NCBI RefSeq assembly: GCF_004010195.1
Contig: NC_057749.1
Coordinates: 14,787,429 to 14,827,359, forward strand
Reading direction: 5' to 3'
Source: Chiloscyllium plagiosum
Taxonomy: Eukaryota
Length of the DNA: 39,931 bases
The stretch's first letter is position 1; each line of letters opens with the position of its first letter. The translations under genes and the position numbers were made by a program. The notes beneath the pieces are model-generated. The model had not been told where the DNA came from, did not search any database, and worked only from the letters and a program-made list of their open reading frames with translations. Shown piece after piece: positions 23,388 through 36,092 of the stretch.

Positions 23388-23660
23388 AATTCTTTCATAG
23401 GATGTGGACATCACTGGCAATGCCAGCATTTTTTGTCCATCCCAGATTCCCATTTCAGAGGGTAGTTAAGAGTCAACCCCATTGCTGTGGGTCTGGAGTC
23501 ACATGTAGCCAGACTGGGTAAGGATGGCAGATTTCCTTCCCAAAAGGATATAAATGAGCCAGATGAAATTTTGGAATAATTGATGGTTTTATGGTCACTC
23601 TCACTGACACTAACCTTCAATTGAATCCACCAGCTGCTGATTTGAAGACATACCTCTAGA
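23388..23660 (-). mobile_element. SINE sharing its tail with the 3240-3460 LINE family; head interrupted by HE1
   Basis: taagagtcaaccccattgctgtgggtctggagtcacatgt...ggcagatttccttccc, with a second copy at 36322-36670. Superfamily not assigned. Confidence 0.7.
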
Positions 23661-23661
23661 A

Positions 23662-23940
23662 CCTCACAGCGCCAGAGACCTGGGTTCAATTCCCGCCTCA
23701 GGCGACTGACTGTGTGGAGTTTGCACGTTCTCCCCGTGTCTGCGTGGGTTTCCTCCGGGTGCTCCGGTTTCCTCCCACAGTCCAAAGATGTGCAGGTCAG
23801 GTGAATTGGCCATGCTAAATTGCCCATAATGTTAGGTAAGGGGTAAATGTAGGGGTATGGGTGGGTTACGCTTCGGTGGGTTGGTGTGGACTTGTTGGGC
23901 CGAAGGGCCTGTTTCCACACTCTAATATAATCTAATCTAA
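23662..23940 (+). mobile_element. HE1-type V-SINE, 5'-truncated, young
   Basis: B box ggttcaattcc, V-domain and (AATCT)n tail. Confidence 0.92.
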
Positions 23941-23974
23941 ACTTAACTCTAGTCCTCTGGATTACTATTCAAGT

Positions 23975-24305
23975 AAAGCAAGCCCCAGAGGATCATGGGG
24001 CTGTGCTCTCCTTAGAGAGAGAGAGAGAGATGACTGGTGGTGGTTTAACCTGACGGTCTATGTGTAAACAAAATTGACCCTCATGTCTTATTTAAATCTT
24101 TATCCTCTCACCTTAAATATATGCCCCCTAGTCTTGAAATCCCCCACCATAGGGAAAAGAGGCCTGCTACTGACCTTATCTATACCCCTCAGGCAAAGGG
24201 GGAGGTTGAGAAGGTGGGACCTCCATGGTAACCTCAGCCTGTGTGGGGATCGAACCCACGCTGTAGGCATCACTCCGCATTGCAAACCAACCGTCCAGCC
24301 AGCTT
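23975..24305 (-). mobile_element. tRNA-derived SINE (36093-36300 family) with a CR1 fragment inserted at about 24060-24186
   Basis: Minus-strand B box ggttcgatccc and caggttaaaccaccaccagtcatctctct. The insert translates GIDKVSSRPLFPMVGDFKTRGHIFKVRG (CR1 ORF2). Confidence 0.7.
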
Positions 24306-24424
24306 TAGTCCAGTAACTTTATCACGAATGCCACAGTCTCACCTTCTCTAGAGTGGCGATAGGGCTGTCGCTGCATGGTTTCCTTTGGCTAAACTTCAGT
24401 GAATTGTTAAGTTCAATGTTTCAA

Positions 24425-25282
24425 TGAAGAAGGTTATCTAAGATCACAAAGAAACCTTGATTGGTTGGGTCAATGGGCTGAGGAGTGGCAGATGGAGTTT
24501 AATTTGGACAAATGTGTGGTATTGCATTTTGGTAAAACAAACAAGGGCAGGCCTTATACAATTAATGGTAGGGTGTTGGGTAGTGCTGTAGAATAGAGGG
24601 ACATAGGGATGCAGGTACGTAATTCTTTGAAGTCTGCATCACATGTTGATAGGTAGTTAAGAAGGTGTTTAGCACCTTTGCTTTCATTGCTCACACCTTT
24701 GAGTATAGGAGTTGGGCCGTCATATTGAAGTTGTACAGAACACTGGTGAGGCCTCTTCTGGAATACTGTGTCCAGTTCTGGTCACCCTGTTACAGGGAGG
24801 ATGTTACCAGGCTGGAGAAGGTTCAGAAAAGATTTACCAGGATGTTGCCAGGTGTGGAAGGTTTGAGTTATAGGGAGAGGCTAGATAGATTGGCATTTCT
24901 TTTCTCTGGAGCATGGGGAGATAGAGGGCTGACCTTATAGAGGTTTATAAAATCATGAAGAAGGGTATAAGGTGAATGGCAGATGACTTTTCCTTGTGCC
25001 AGGGTGTGACTATGGGGCATATTTTTAAGGTGAGAGCAGAGAGATTTAAAAAAGACTTAAGTGCAACATTTTTACACAGAGGGTGGTTCGGATGTGGAAT
25101 GTACTTCCAGAGGAAGCGATGGATATGGGTACAGTTACAATGTTTAATAGATCTTTGGAAAAGTACATGAAAAGGAAATGTTTGGAGAGATATGGATCTA
25201 TTGCAGCCAGGTGGGGATAGTTTAGTTTGGGATTAGAGTTGGCATGGGCTAGTTGGACCGAAGAGTGTGCTGTATGACTCTC
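24425..25282 (+). mobile_element. CR1 LINE 3' portion
   Basis: LKLYRTLVRPLLEYCVQFWSP...LEKVQKRFTRMLPG. Confidence 0.9.
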
Positions 25283-25844
25283 CGATTTTAGGTCAAGGAT
25301 CCATTGCTGAGACACTTGGTAATGTAGTGTTCTCCTGCCTATTCAGAAAAAGAGCTGCTGTGCAGTGAGAGATTGTTGGTGGGATATAAGTGTCTCCCAG
25401 CTCTCAATGGAAATGGACCATAGATAGAGACATTAGTTCCTGCTTTTTTAAAATTCTGCGTTACAGTGTGTTTAGACTGAGTGTTTTCACCTTCATTCTC
25501 TGTTGATTAAAAAGAACTCAAATCTTGCTGTCAGAAAAGTGTTTAATAATTTAAATGTAACACTTCTTAGAGGAGTTTCGAGCTCAGAGTTTGAGCTCTG
25601 TGAAAGATCTCTGCAGAGATCTGTCAGTTGGAATAATTCTGGCTAATGTTTTGAAGTCAGTATGATTTTACTTTTTTCTTGTTTAGGAATGTTGATTTAT
25701 GGCTGTTCCATTTTCTTTGCAATGTCGATGAAGTGAGTTCAGGAAATACAAAAGATCAGATCTTGCACATCGGTTTATTGTGGGAGTTCTCCAACAGCAC
25801 CACTATACCATTCCCTCATCTCATGAACTCCACTCTTACAATGC

Positions 25845-25945
25845 TTTCTAATCGACCTGTTCAGAGGTGAGACATTTCTGGAGCATGTGGGTCTTGAACG
25901 CTGGCCTTGTGGCTGAGAGGTAGGGACACTACCACTGCACCATAA
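25845..25945 (-). mobile_element. Short tRNA-derived SINE (8650-8772 family)
   Basis: tttctaatcgacctg...ggtagggacactaccactgcac. Confidence 0.7.
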
Positions 25946-26780
25946 CGATTCCCACCAGAACTCCATTCTTAAATACAAATGTCTAATGAACATCACTTAT
26001 TCTCGAGCAACTCTGGGGCTGAACTTTACAGGGATCTGCATTTCTAACCATGATCATCCAGACAGCCACACCCAGAATGATTTTTCCTGTTTTATTTCCC
26101 TGCAAGGTTCCCTTGTTTTTGCTGTGTGGGACACCTGAGGCATAATCCTGAGCACTTTGATCATGAAAGGCAGTACGACTCCGAGACACCCTCCCGTGGC
26201 ATGGGCACAGAACTGGGAGGTTTGCCCACTCCATGTGAAAAGAGACACACACACACACACACAAAGCTAAAATGTAGAGTGAGACTGGGAAAAGAAGATC
26301 CTGCCAGCCTGCACTCTAATTGGGCAGTCAATTTGCCGGAGTCCTTGTATAAATCTTGATTGCATTTGTCTCTGTGCGTAGTCACTGGGGGACACTGAAA
26401 CTAATTGAATAGCTGTCAGGACAAATGAAATAGCTGTGAAAAATGGTCCCCGCATAATTCAATTGTTCCCACCAAACCTTTTCACTCCAGGAAAATTCCT
26501 CCTTGGAAACAGGTTTGTGCTTTTTCATATTCCACAACTGTTTAAACCTTGCAGTATCCTTACTCGGTTACTCAGATGTATTAAACTCCTGCTCATTACT
26601 CTGTTTAATTTAGACTCAATAACATTTGTTTGAATCACATGAAATCGATGTTTCTACTAAATGTCCTAATTTACTTTTTCTTTTACTGTTGAGCCCTGTT
26701 TGAGATTGGTTTCACATCTTGCACCCTCTGTCGACTTTAGCTCATTCAAACATCTGCTACTCATACCGTAACTTGCATGA

Positions 26781-27399
26781 AGTCACAGGGTCATACAACA
26801 CAGAAACAGACCCTTCGGTCTAACTTATCCATGTTGACCAGGTATCCTCAACTGAACTATTCCCATTTACCTGCTTTTGGTCCATATCCCTCTAAACCTA
26901 TAATATTTATGTACCTGTCCAAATGTCTTTTAAATGTTATAATTGTACCAGCCTCTACCACTTCCTTTGGCAGTTCATTCTACATCCGCACCAACCTCTG
27001 TGTGAAAAAGTTGCCCTTCCGATCCGTTTTAAATCTTTTCCCTCTCACCTTAAACCGAAGCTCTCTTGTTTTGGACTCCCCTCCCCTGAGGAAAAGACCT
27101 TGGCTATTCACCCTATTCATGCCCCTCGTGATTTTATAAACCTCCATAAGGTCATCCCTCAGACTCTGACACTCCAGGGAAAAGGTCCCAGCTTATTTGG
27201 CCACTTCTCATAATTCAAGCCCTCTAGTTCTGGCAAAGTCCTTGTAAATCTTTTTACTGGACCCTTTCTAGTTTACCATCATCCTTCCTATAGCAAGGTG
27301 AGCAGAACTGTACATGAAATTAGTCTCACCAAAGCCTTGTACAGCCGCAACATGACATACCAACTCCTCTACTCAATGCTCTGACTGATGAAGGCAAGT
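26781..27399 (-). mobile_element. CR1 LINE 3' portion
   Basis: Co-linear with 9326-9948. Confidence 0.88.
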
Positions 27400-27409
27400 C
27401 AATCCCCCT

Positions 27410-27690
27410 CTGTACTCTCTCACCTGCCTTAGCTCACAATATCCCAAGTTTAAAACTCTTTCATAGCCTTAGCTTTTCTGACCACCTCTAGCCTCGCTAC
27501 CAACCCTCTGCAATTTCTGCCTCCCTTTTGAGTTTGACCACAATCGCCTCTGCACTAGTGGTAGTTTGCTGAGCACCCACCACCCTACACTCTTGAATTC
27601 CCTCCCTAAACCTCTCCACCCCTCTTCAGCCTCAGGAATCTCCTTAAAATCCATCTCTTTGATCAACTTCTTAGTCACACCCCATCCCAC
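27410..27690 (+). mobile_element. L2-clade LINE 3' fragment
   Basis: gaattccctccctaaacctctcc...ctccttaaaatccatctctttgatcaa, similar to 12950-13050. Confidence 0.55.
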
Positions 27691-27994
27691 CTGCTATTTC
27701 CACTTTTAGTTCTGCACTGCCATTTTCTGCATGTTTACAGTTCTACAAAGAAAATGTGTCCTTCTTGTTTAAAGAAGTTTATCATTCTCAGTGTTGAAAT
27801 AGTGAGCCACCCTTTGAGGGAGAAGGTATTTTAGATTTGTATAGCACCTTGTGTTGGAGAAAGCTGTCGGGTTTCAGTGCTGAGGCTCAGCTCTGAAATA
27901 AGAAAAATGGGCAAATATGGACTGATTAGAAGTGTACAAGGTTTAGTCCAGTGGGCAAGTGAAGCCATTGGATTTCGACCTATAAATGATGTAT

Positions 27995-28190
27995 GCTCTA
28001 TTCCAAAATCAGGTTGGCGTGTGTCTCTCTTGGAATTGGCAGTGTGTGCTGGCTGCCTTCACCCTTCTCGGTGGGAGAGGTTAAATGTTGTGAGGTGATG
28101 TTGAAGATACCTTGCTTCGTGACTGCTGTGCATCTTGAAGATGGTACACACTGCTGCTTTAGAGTGTCGGTGCCGGAGGCTGGGAATGGT
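27995..28190 (-). mobile_element. CR1/L2-clade LINE fragment (3240-3460 family)
   Basis: tattccaaaatcaggttgg...gtgcatcttgaagatggtacacactgctg. Confidence 0.5.
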
Positions 28191-28198
28191 GCTTGCTA

Positions 28199-28700
28199 TC
28201 CTGCTATCGGAAGGATGTTGTGAAACTTGAAAGGGTTCAGAATAGGTTTACAAGAATATTTCCGGGCATGGAACTCCAGGGAGAGGCTGAATAGGCTGGG
28301 GCTGTTTTCCCCTGGAGTGTTAGAGGCTGAAGGGTGACCTGATAGAGGCTTATGAATTCATGAGGGGCATGGATAGGATAAATAGTCAAAGTCTTTTCCC
28401 AGGAGTCTAGAACTAGAGGGCATGGGTTCAGGGTGAGAGGGGAAAGATATAAGAAGGGACGTAAGGGGCAACTTATTCATGGAGGCAGTGGTGTATGGAA
28501 TGAGCTGCCAGGGGAAGTGGCAGAGGGTGGTACAAATACAGCATTTAAAAGGCATCTGGATGGTTATATGAATAGGAAGGGTTTAGAGGGATGTGGGCCA
28601 AATGCTGGCAAATGGGACTAGATTAATTTAGGATATCAGGTCAGCATAGACGAGTTGGACCGAAAGGCTTGTTTCCGTGCTGTACAGCTCGACAACTCTA
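28199..28700 (+). mobile_element. CR1 LINE 3' end
   Basis: VWNELPGEVAEGGTNTAFKRHLDGYMNRKGLEG, homologous to 20115-20620. Confidence 0.9.
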
Positions 28701-29269
28701 GTCAGTTATGTTCTCTTCACATTATAAACCGAGCCACATGTGCTTCTCGCTCAAATTAGCAGAACTTGCAATGTAGGCACCGAATGTCAGGTTTGGAGCT
28801 GTCACCCTCACTGATTGGCAGGACCTGATACCAGCTGCCTGAAATCCCTCCTGAGCTGATAGTTCCGGGCACCTGTCTGAATAATGCTCCATGCCAAGCA
28901 CAGCTTACACATGGGGTATCTTTTACATTTATTCTGAGCAGAGCAATTAATCTGTTTGAGTGATTGTGCTGGAGAATAGAGTGGTGCACATCGCAATGTT
29001 TAACTTGCTCGTAATTAGGGTGAAGGATTGTTGAAATTAGGAATGTAAAGAAAGCTAATTGGTCAGGTAAGGTCTGCGATTATTTCTGTTGTGCTCAGAG
29101 AGTGTTTCCTGAAAGAGCGTTGGTGAAATATGAAAATTGTTTTCTCTTCAGTCACTTGTTCCTTTCATCTGTTCAGGAGGATGATTCATGTCGGGTTCTG
29201 GCTTTAACATGTTACTGCGACAGAGATTTCCTATGAACATTGGCACATTCCCAGGGATACCCTGTAATG

Positions 29270-30410
29270 CCATAAGATGTAGGAGTGGAGGTAGGCCATT
29301 CGGCCCATCAGGTCTGCTCTGTTATTCAATGAGATCATGGCTGACCTGACAATCCTCAACTTCACTTTTCTACCTTATCCCCATAACCTTTGACTCCACT
29401 TACTGATTAAAACTTTGTCTAATCTCAGCCTTGAGTATATTAAGAACCCAGCCATGATGGCACTGTTTGGTAATGAGTTCACAGGTAATTCCTCCTCAAC
29501 TCTGTTTATGAGCCACCCCATACTCTGAGATCATGCCCTTTGTTCCTAATCTCTCTGTAGATCCTGTAAGTATTAATGCAGTCCTGTGAACCTCCTGGGA
29601 CAATTGGTACAGCCTTGGGAACCAATACCATGGACTTTGCAAATGCTGGTGTTCCAAGAGACTTGGGTGTACTTGCATGAGAGAAACGCGGATACAACAA
29701 GCAATTAGGAAAGTGTACAGCACGTTGGCATTTGACACAAGGAGCTTGAAATATAAGAATGAGGAAGTCATGCCATGATAGTACAGAGCTGTCATGAGAT
29801 CAAAACTGGAGCACAGATTTTGTCTCTGTATTTGAAGATATGTCTGTCTGGGATACAGCAAAGGGTAGCTGGATCCGTCTCTGTGATGAGATGCTAAATA
29901 AATTGGAGACAGAACTCAGAAAAATGTGAGGTGATTGAATTGCAATGTACAAAGTTCTAAGGGGGTTGGAGAGTGAGAGATTGAGCTTTGTTGGCTGGGA
30001 TATGAGCAGACTCTCCAGAACAGGGGCTGTGCACTGAGGACTGAGATGAGGAGAAATGACTTCACTCCAAGGCTTGTGAATCTCAGGGATTTTCTACCCC
30101 ACTGAGATGCATTCCATCATGTGTTCTCCCTGTGTCCTAGAGGTCAGCAGAACCTGAAAAAAAAGGCCCTTCGGCCCATCAATTCTGTGACAATCAAAAA
30201 ACACCAACTAATGATTGTAATCCCCTTTTCCAGCACTTGAATCTTCATTGTTAATTAAAATTTAAGGCTGGGATCAACAGATTGTTTAGCATTGAGGGAT
30301 ATGGGAAGAGGGCAGAAATGTGGAATTGAAGCCTACAATCAGCCCAGATCACTATTGAATGGGAGCAGCAGGCACAATGGGCTGAATGGTCTACATTTCC
30401 TGTTTCTGAT
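29270..30410. mobile_element. Cluster of decayed CR1 fragments: minus 29270-29590, plus about 29620-30100 and 30245-30410, minus tail about 30140-30240
   Basis: Tail cataagatgtaggag...ggccattcggcccatc; gagacttgggtgtacttg; gatgaggagaaat; tgggctgaatgg. Confidence 0.6.
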
Positions 30411-32269
30411 GTTGAAATCTTCTAATGCAGTTGCTGATTCATTCCAGGGAGCACTTGCTTTAATACCGGTGCATTCCTGAGGTGCTCTTGTAAATTATTG
30501 GTGCACTCCTTGGGTATTCCCAGCTAACGCAACACATTCTGACTCAGTTTCAAGGGACTTCCAATGGATATTGCCACTCTTCAAGGAAACCTCAGCATTT
30601 CCTGTTATATTTCTGGGAAATCCCCTTTAAATACAGATCCTTTCCTACAGAGCCACTCCTGTGAATGTTGATACACTGCTGGCAGGGGTGGCACTGCCAG
30701 TGATCCAAAGGACTAGATCGATAGATGCTTTTCTAATTGCCATTGCTGGTGGCAGTAAATGAAGAGATAGAATTGAGTCTCTGGCACATTAATAGCGTTG
30801 GTGTAAGTGAATTCTTTCCCATTGCGGAATTGACTGAACAAACCCATTGGTGTCAATTTACACTCAAATATTGACCCGTTACATGGTCAAAAATAGATTA
30901 AGCACAAAGTAAAGTACTTCAAATTACAGTTAGACACTTCATTTGAATTAACTGTGGCATTTATGATAAAGTAATGGAATGCTGTGGTGTAAGTGGGAAT
31001 TCTATAATGTGGCAGCTACTTTAATGTTGTAGCAACGAAAGAAGACAGATTGTCGAAAGAGTGTAAATTTGCAGGTATATCGACTCTGCCACATTCAGCT
31101 CATGTGAGAGCTCTCCACATCACTGCTTTTAAGGAGTCTGATCTTCAACTTGTACCAACTACCTTGGGAATTCCCACCATCTTTCCTTTCTCGTGCTCTG
31201 AGGAAGAGATGCAATGGAGGTCAGTGTATCCCATAATTCACAGCAGAGCTGAAAGCCTCCCATTAAGACAACAGCCCCGGAGAGGTCTCCAACATTATTT
31301 ATATTCTGATGGGATAAGCTCCAATCCATTGCTGCTTCTTGCCCTTGAGGTAGTGAGAAACATGCACAAATCCTGTGGACAGGAAGGGATGAGAGAGAGA
31401 CAGAGAGAAGAGGAAAGACTGAGAGGTTCTTGAATGTGATTGCTTAACCATCTGTACATTACTAGATAAGTCACAAGTAGTCTCCTGGTGGGAACTGGTT
31501 ACCATGTGGTTGTGATATCTCCTGTGGTTGAATAGCCATCCATTGCCCATAATCAAAAAGTCAATGCCAGGACTAGCATATGAGTGTGTAGAGGGCTGTA
31601 CCCCAAACAGAGAGCAGCTCTTCATGAAGCGGGCAAAAAAGATTTGGGTATCAACCTATTAGTGATGTGATTTATGGTATTTTCTGCATTTCTACTGTCC
31701 TCTGCTAATTGTACATAGGAAGGGTTATTAATAACCTACATTACCATGGCATAAAGGTTATGTTTGGATGATGAATTGTGTGTGCAAATGCACTGTATTA
31801 ATGATTGTATCAGGTAAAAACCCTAGGGCACAATTGAAGCAATAACGTGCTGCATTCTAAAAGCACATGGTCTAAATGTAACTTTAAAGTTTAATTATGC
31901 AGGCTGCAGTGTTAAAGGCCATTCAGGTTTGATATATGGAAGCCATAATGAATGACCTTCTTCTCTACTTCTGGAAGGTGAGGCTTACAGCTAATTAATG
32001 AGGGAGCAAACTGCTCTGAGCTCAAATTGGTTCTGTTTTCCCTTGAGCAGCTTTCAGCCTGTTTGATTACTCACTGTCACATGGTTACAGGAAAAAGCAG
32101 CCTCTCGTCCCATTCCCCAGCTCCAGCCTCCAACACGTCTCCACCACGCCATTATTTATCTTCTCGAGTCCAACTCTGAGGGAATCATGCTGCTGTTTCT
32201 CTTCTCGTCCCTTTGGTGAATTCTCGTTGTTTCACTTCCCACTGTTCCACCACCACATGCTCCCCATGT

Positions 32270-32410
32270 ATCAGAGAGTTATTGAGGTCTACAGCACAGA
32301 AAAAGGCCCTTTGGCCCATTGTTTCTGTGCCAGTCAAAAACACTCACCTCAATATCGTAAGCTTATTTTCCAGCACTTGGCCCATAGCCTTGTATGCCTT
32401 GGCATCGCAA
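32270..32410 (-). mobile_element. CR1 3'UTR tail fragment
   Basis: tacagcacagaaaaaggccctttggcccat...ttccagcacttggcccatagcc, similar to 30150-30240. Confidence 0.6.
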
Positions 32411-32719
32411 AACCTGACTGTAGCGACAAGAAGAGAGCACTCTGGAGGGACTCTGGGGAGGTGGGTGAGGTTACCAGAGTTCCTGCAGGTGTCGGAGTCA
32501 CATGTAGAGGCAGCAAGTCTTAGTGCCCTCCTCAAGAGGGGTATGCAGTGGAGGGCTGGTGCATCCCAGCCCCGAGGGACCAGGTCTGCAAGTTGTGTTG
32601 TGTCAAGGGACCATGTTGCAATCAAGGGATGCAATATGAGAAAGAGAACGAAAGACAGGGGTTCGCAGGGGTAGGTTTCTGGAGCTGAGAAGAGTATGAA
32701 CAATGCAAGAAGGTGCCCC

Positions 32720-33240
32720 AGAACCAGGTCTTGGGATACAGGCCGGGCCATTGAAGGCTGAGATGAGAAGTGTCTTCACCCAGAGAGTGGGGAGCCAATG
32801 GAACTCTCTGCCGCAGAAACATCGAATGTTTCCAGAGAGAAGATGGCTAGACCTTAGGGTTTAAGGGGTCAAAGAACTACGGAGAAAGCGGAAAAAGGTA
32901 TTGAGTTGGATGATCAGCCATAGGCTCATAGAGTCGTACAACACAGAAACAGACCCTTGGGTCCAGCCGACCCATACTGACCATAATCCCAAACTAAACT
33001 AGTCCCACGTGGCTGCTCCTGGCCCTATCCCTCCAAACCTTTCCTATTCATGAATTTATCCAGATGTCTTTTAAACATTATAATTGTATCCACATCCACC
33101 ACTTCCTCAGGAAGCTCATTCCACTCTCTGTGTTAAAAAATATTGGCCCTCATATCTTTTTAAATCCCTCTGCCATCGTCATATTGAATAGTAGAGTAGA
33201 CTTGAAGGGCTGAATGGCCTATTCCTGCTATAATCTATGT
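32720..33240. mobile_element. CR1 3' end (plus) with a nested minus-strand CR1 tail at 32922-33171
   Basis: The host reads gatgatcagccat then resumes cgtcatattgaat. The insert starts catagagtcgtacaacacagaaacagaccc and is flanked by GCCAT repeats. Confidence 0.7.
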
Positions 33241-33484
33241 TTGCGATTTGGAATTGTTTGGTTAGAGCCTTTTGGTTATCTAAGGTCCCGATCTGTATTT
33301 TTAAGAATTCCTTCATGGAATGTTGGTGTCTCATCACAGCAGAATGGTGAAGAGGCTTGAGGACCTGGGGTACTCCCTCACCTAACCCTGATGTTCTAAA
33401 ACCGACCGTCTCCCTCTAATTAGAACCTGCCAAATGGTTAGGTGTTTTCATAGTTTGTTAACACTCTGTCCTGATGTCACGCAG

Positions 33485-33703
33485 AGATACGCCGGAGAGG
33501 GTCCAAGGATGTATCCAGCAGACCGCTGCCACTATACGACACACCGTACGAGCCCATGGAGAACGGCGGAGAGTCCGACACGGAGAAGCCAGTCTCCCAT
33601 CGCCTCCGAGAGAGTCGTCTCCCAGAGGACGATGAGCGGCCGCCAGGAGAATACGACCAGCCCTGGGAATGGAAGAAGGATCGAATCTCCAAAGCATTTG
33701 CAG
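33485..33703 (+). CDS. SHF: Internal coding exon (219 nt, phase 1-1) of an SHB-family SH2-domain adapter, most like SHF
   Basis: Acceptor cacgcAG at 33483-33484 and donor G|GTAAC at 33704. Open frame (E)IRRRGSKDVSSRPLPLYDTPYEPMENGGESDTEKPVSHRLRESRLPEDDERPPGEYDQPWEWKKDRISKAFA. YDTPYE and EYDQPWEW are SHB/SHD/SHE/SHF YxxP motifs. PLPLYDTP, RESRLPEDDERPP and RISKAFA match my recollection of SHF. CpG-rich compared with the flanks. Confidence 0.9.
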
Positions 33704-33791
33704 GTAACATTCCACCATGTTTCCCAAAGTCACAACAAGATTCTCACTTAGTCCTGACTGGATACCAACCTCGGGAGGGAATAGTTCACCC

Positions 33792-34132
33792 TGGGGTGGC
33801 ATGGTAGCTCAGTGGTTAGCACTGCTGCCTGGGACCTGGGTTCGATTCCACCCTTGGGTGACTGTCCATGTGGAGTTGTACATTCTCCCTGTGTCTTATG
33901 CGGGTTTCCTCCAGGTGCTCTGATTTCCACCAACAATCCAAAGACGTGCAGGTCAGGTGAATTGGCCACGCTAAATTGGGCAAAGTGTTGAGGGATGTGT
34001 AGGTTAGGTGCATTAATCAGGGGTAAATGTAGAATAATAGTTTAAGGGAAGGGATCTAGGTGGGTTATTCTTTGGAGGGTCAGTGTGGGCTTGTTGGGCT
34101 GAAGGGCCTATTTCCACACTGTAGGGATTCTA
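33792..34132 (+). mobile_element. HE1-type V-SINE
   Basis: A box tagctcagtgg, B box ggttcgattcc, V-domain, and tail ccacactgtagggattcta. Confidence 0.9.
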
Positions 34133-34619
34133 GGAACTCTGGGCCCTTTGTCTCCTTTCTCCACTGCCCGGCTGGTATATTCTTCAGTGTAACTCCTCCA
34201 AGGTGATACCAACACTCTCACAGACTATCGGTAATGGGGAGACTGACCTCCCAGGCCAGAGAGCTCCAGTGAGAGGTCACTCTGCAATGTGAGCCATGAT
34301 GTGTGGGGAGTGTAAGGTGCTGAGCGAGGAATGGGTGACTTTAGGACGATGGTTCCCAAATATTTTCAGTATTGGGGGATTTCCTGAGTCTGTTGTAGAC
34401 TGTTTGGTAGGGATTAATTGCTGTGATTCATCAATAACTCCCATTATCATTGTATCAGGATGAGGGAGGATGAACTCAACACTGTTCCCTGTTCCTATTG
34501 TTTCCCTTTTTCCTGGAATTCTATCCATGGACCTGTTGAATTATTACAGCTTTGTCCTTTACTGTTCACTGTGTTCATCCAACGACAAAACCAGTGGCAG
34601 AGCTGCTAGTGATTAATTA

Positions 34620-34950
34620 GAAAGGGAGTGGGAGGGAGTCAGAGATGGAGACGGTGACAGAGACGGAGAGAACAGAGCGAAGGAGGCGTGGGAGGGAGGG
34701 CGAGAGAGAGACAGACAGAGTAAAGAGGAGTGGGAGGGAGAGAGAGACTGAGGGTGGAGTGGGAGGGAGAGAGAGAGAAACAGGAAAAAAAGAGCTAGGG
34801 AGAGACCGAGTGGGAGGGAGAGAGTTGGGCAGAGTGATGAAGGAGTGGGAGGGAAAGAGAGATAGAGAGATTGAGGGCGTTCAGACGGAGAGGGAGGGGT
34901 AAGGAGAGAGGAGGGTAGAGAGGTCACTGACTCACAGGGGTCAGAGAGAG
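34620..34950. repeat. GA-rich low-complexity tract (a second lies at about 35360-35500)
   Basis: Near-pure purine GAGA/GGGA runs. Confidence 0.9.
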
Positions 34951-36092
34951 TGACTTTATGGGACTGCTCAGCAGTTGAGGAGGATATTCCAGGCTGTTTG
35001 CAGCTGGTATGTGCTTTTGCCGTGTTTCAGAGACAGCCGCATTGAGTCTCCTGATTTTCTCTGGAGCTGGAAGGTTGGCCATCTTGAGTCGAGGCCAGAG
35101 ATGATCAGCGTGAAGCTGGTGGTTAAACTGGAGCCAATTGTGCTGGCTGTCTCATGCTGGTGTAGGAGCTGAACAAACAAGTAATTTAAATAATGAAGGG
35201 GCCCCACATGGAGGTCATCGTCTGCAGTGAGTCATTCGATTAGAAAGTAACTGGTGACACCAGGGCCAGATTTAGGTCTGATTGATGGTCTGTGTTAATC
35301 ATCATCTGGTAAACAGGGAAGTGAGTACATGTCACAGAGTCTCCCTGTGATTACCAGCAGAGACGGAGGGTGGGGAGGGTGGAGGACAAGGCTGGAGAGA
35401 GGAAAGGGAGAGAAGCTGGAGGGAGACAGAAAGAGTTGGTGCGAGGGAGTGGGGAGAACAGAGACAGGAAAGGAAGAGGTTGCGAGGTGGGGCGGGGAAT
35501 GAACAGTTGGCATTTTCTCTTGGCTTTGAAATATCCCAAAGCATTTCACAAGGTGTGGTCATTGCTTCATCAGAACAGCTATCTGTGCAGAGTGAGATCC
35601 CAGAGAGATGAGCTGAATGAACACTTGCACTGTGTTTTGGTGACCTTAGTTGAGGAAGACTTTGAGAGCCTTACTCCTCTTTGAGTCACATGTCGGAGCT
35701 GTGATGTTCCCCCCCCCCCCTTCCTTCTCGAGTTTGCTGTGACTCCTCTTTAGAATCGATGGAGTCAACTCTGCCATTCTCCCTTCTTTCCTTCAAACAC
35801 CAGCTTTGCTGAATACCTCCATATCTGCACGGGAGACTGGGGAAGGACAGCTTTCCACCCTGCCTCTGAGTGTCTGGCTGCAAAAGAATGTTTCAAATCT
35901 TCCTTTTAGAATCACTGATAGATGAGGAAGGAGTTGACCTTCATTTAATGGAGGAGGTGAAAAGATCCTTTGGAAAGTATCAATGCTGTTTTCTACTTGT
36001 TTATTCTGACCAATTGTTTATTCTGAAATCTGTGGTGTCAAATGTGAACAGTTGCAGCTCACAATCTTGCCTCGTCTTTTGCCCTTTGGGAG

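Noticed and set aside
31927..31977. Possible 51-nt micro-exon (cag|GTTT...AAG|gtgagg) with YME resembling the upstream SHF GYMEPY motif
   Set aside because: Stops occur in all three frames, there is no polypyrimidine tract, and similarity does not extend beyond three residues.
33704..33807. Continuation of ORF 33556-33807 past KAFAG
   Set aside because: Family similarity ends at a canonical donor site. The remainder is intron read-through into a SINE.
34613..34927. Glu/Arg-rich and Ser/Leu/Pro-rich ORFs
   Set aside because: Artefacts of GA low-complexity sequence.
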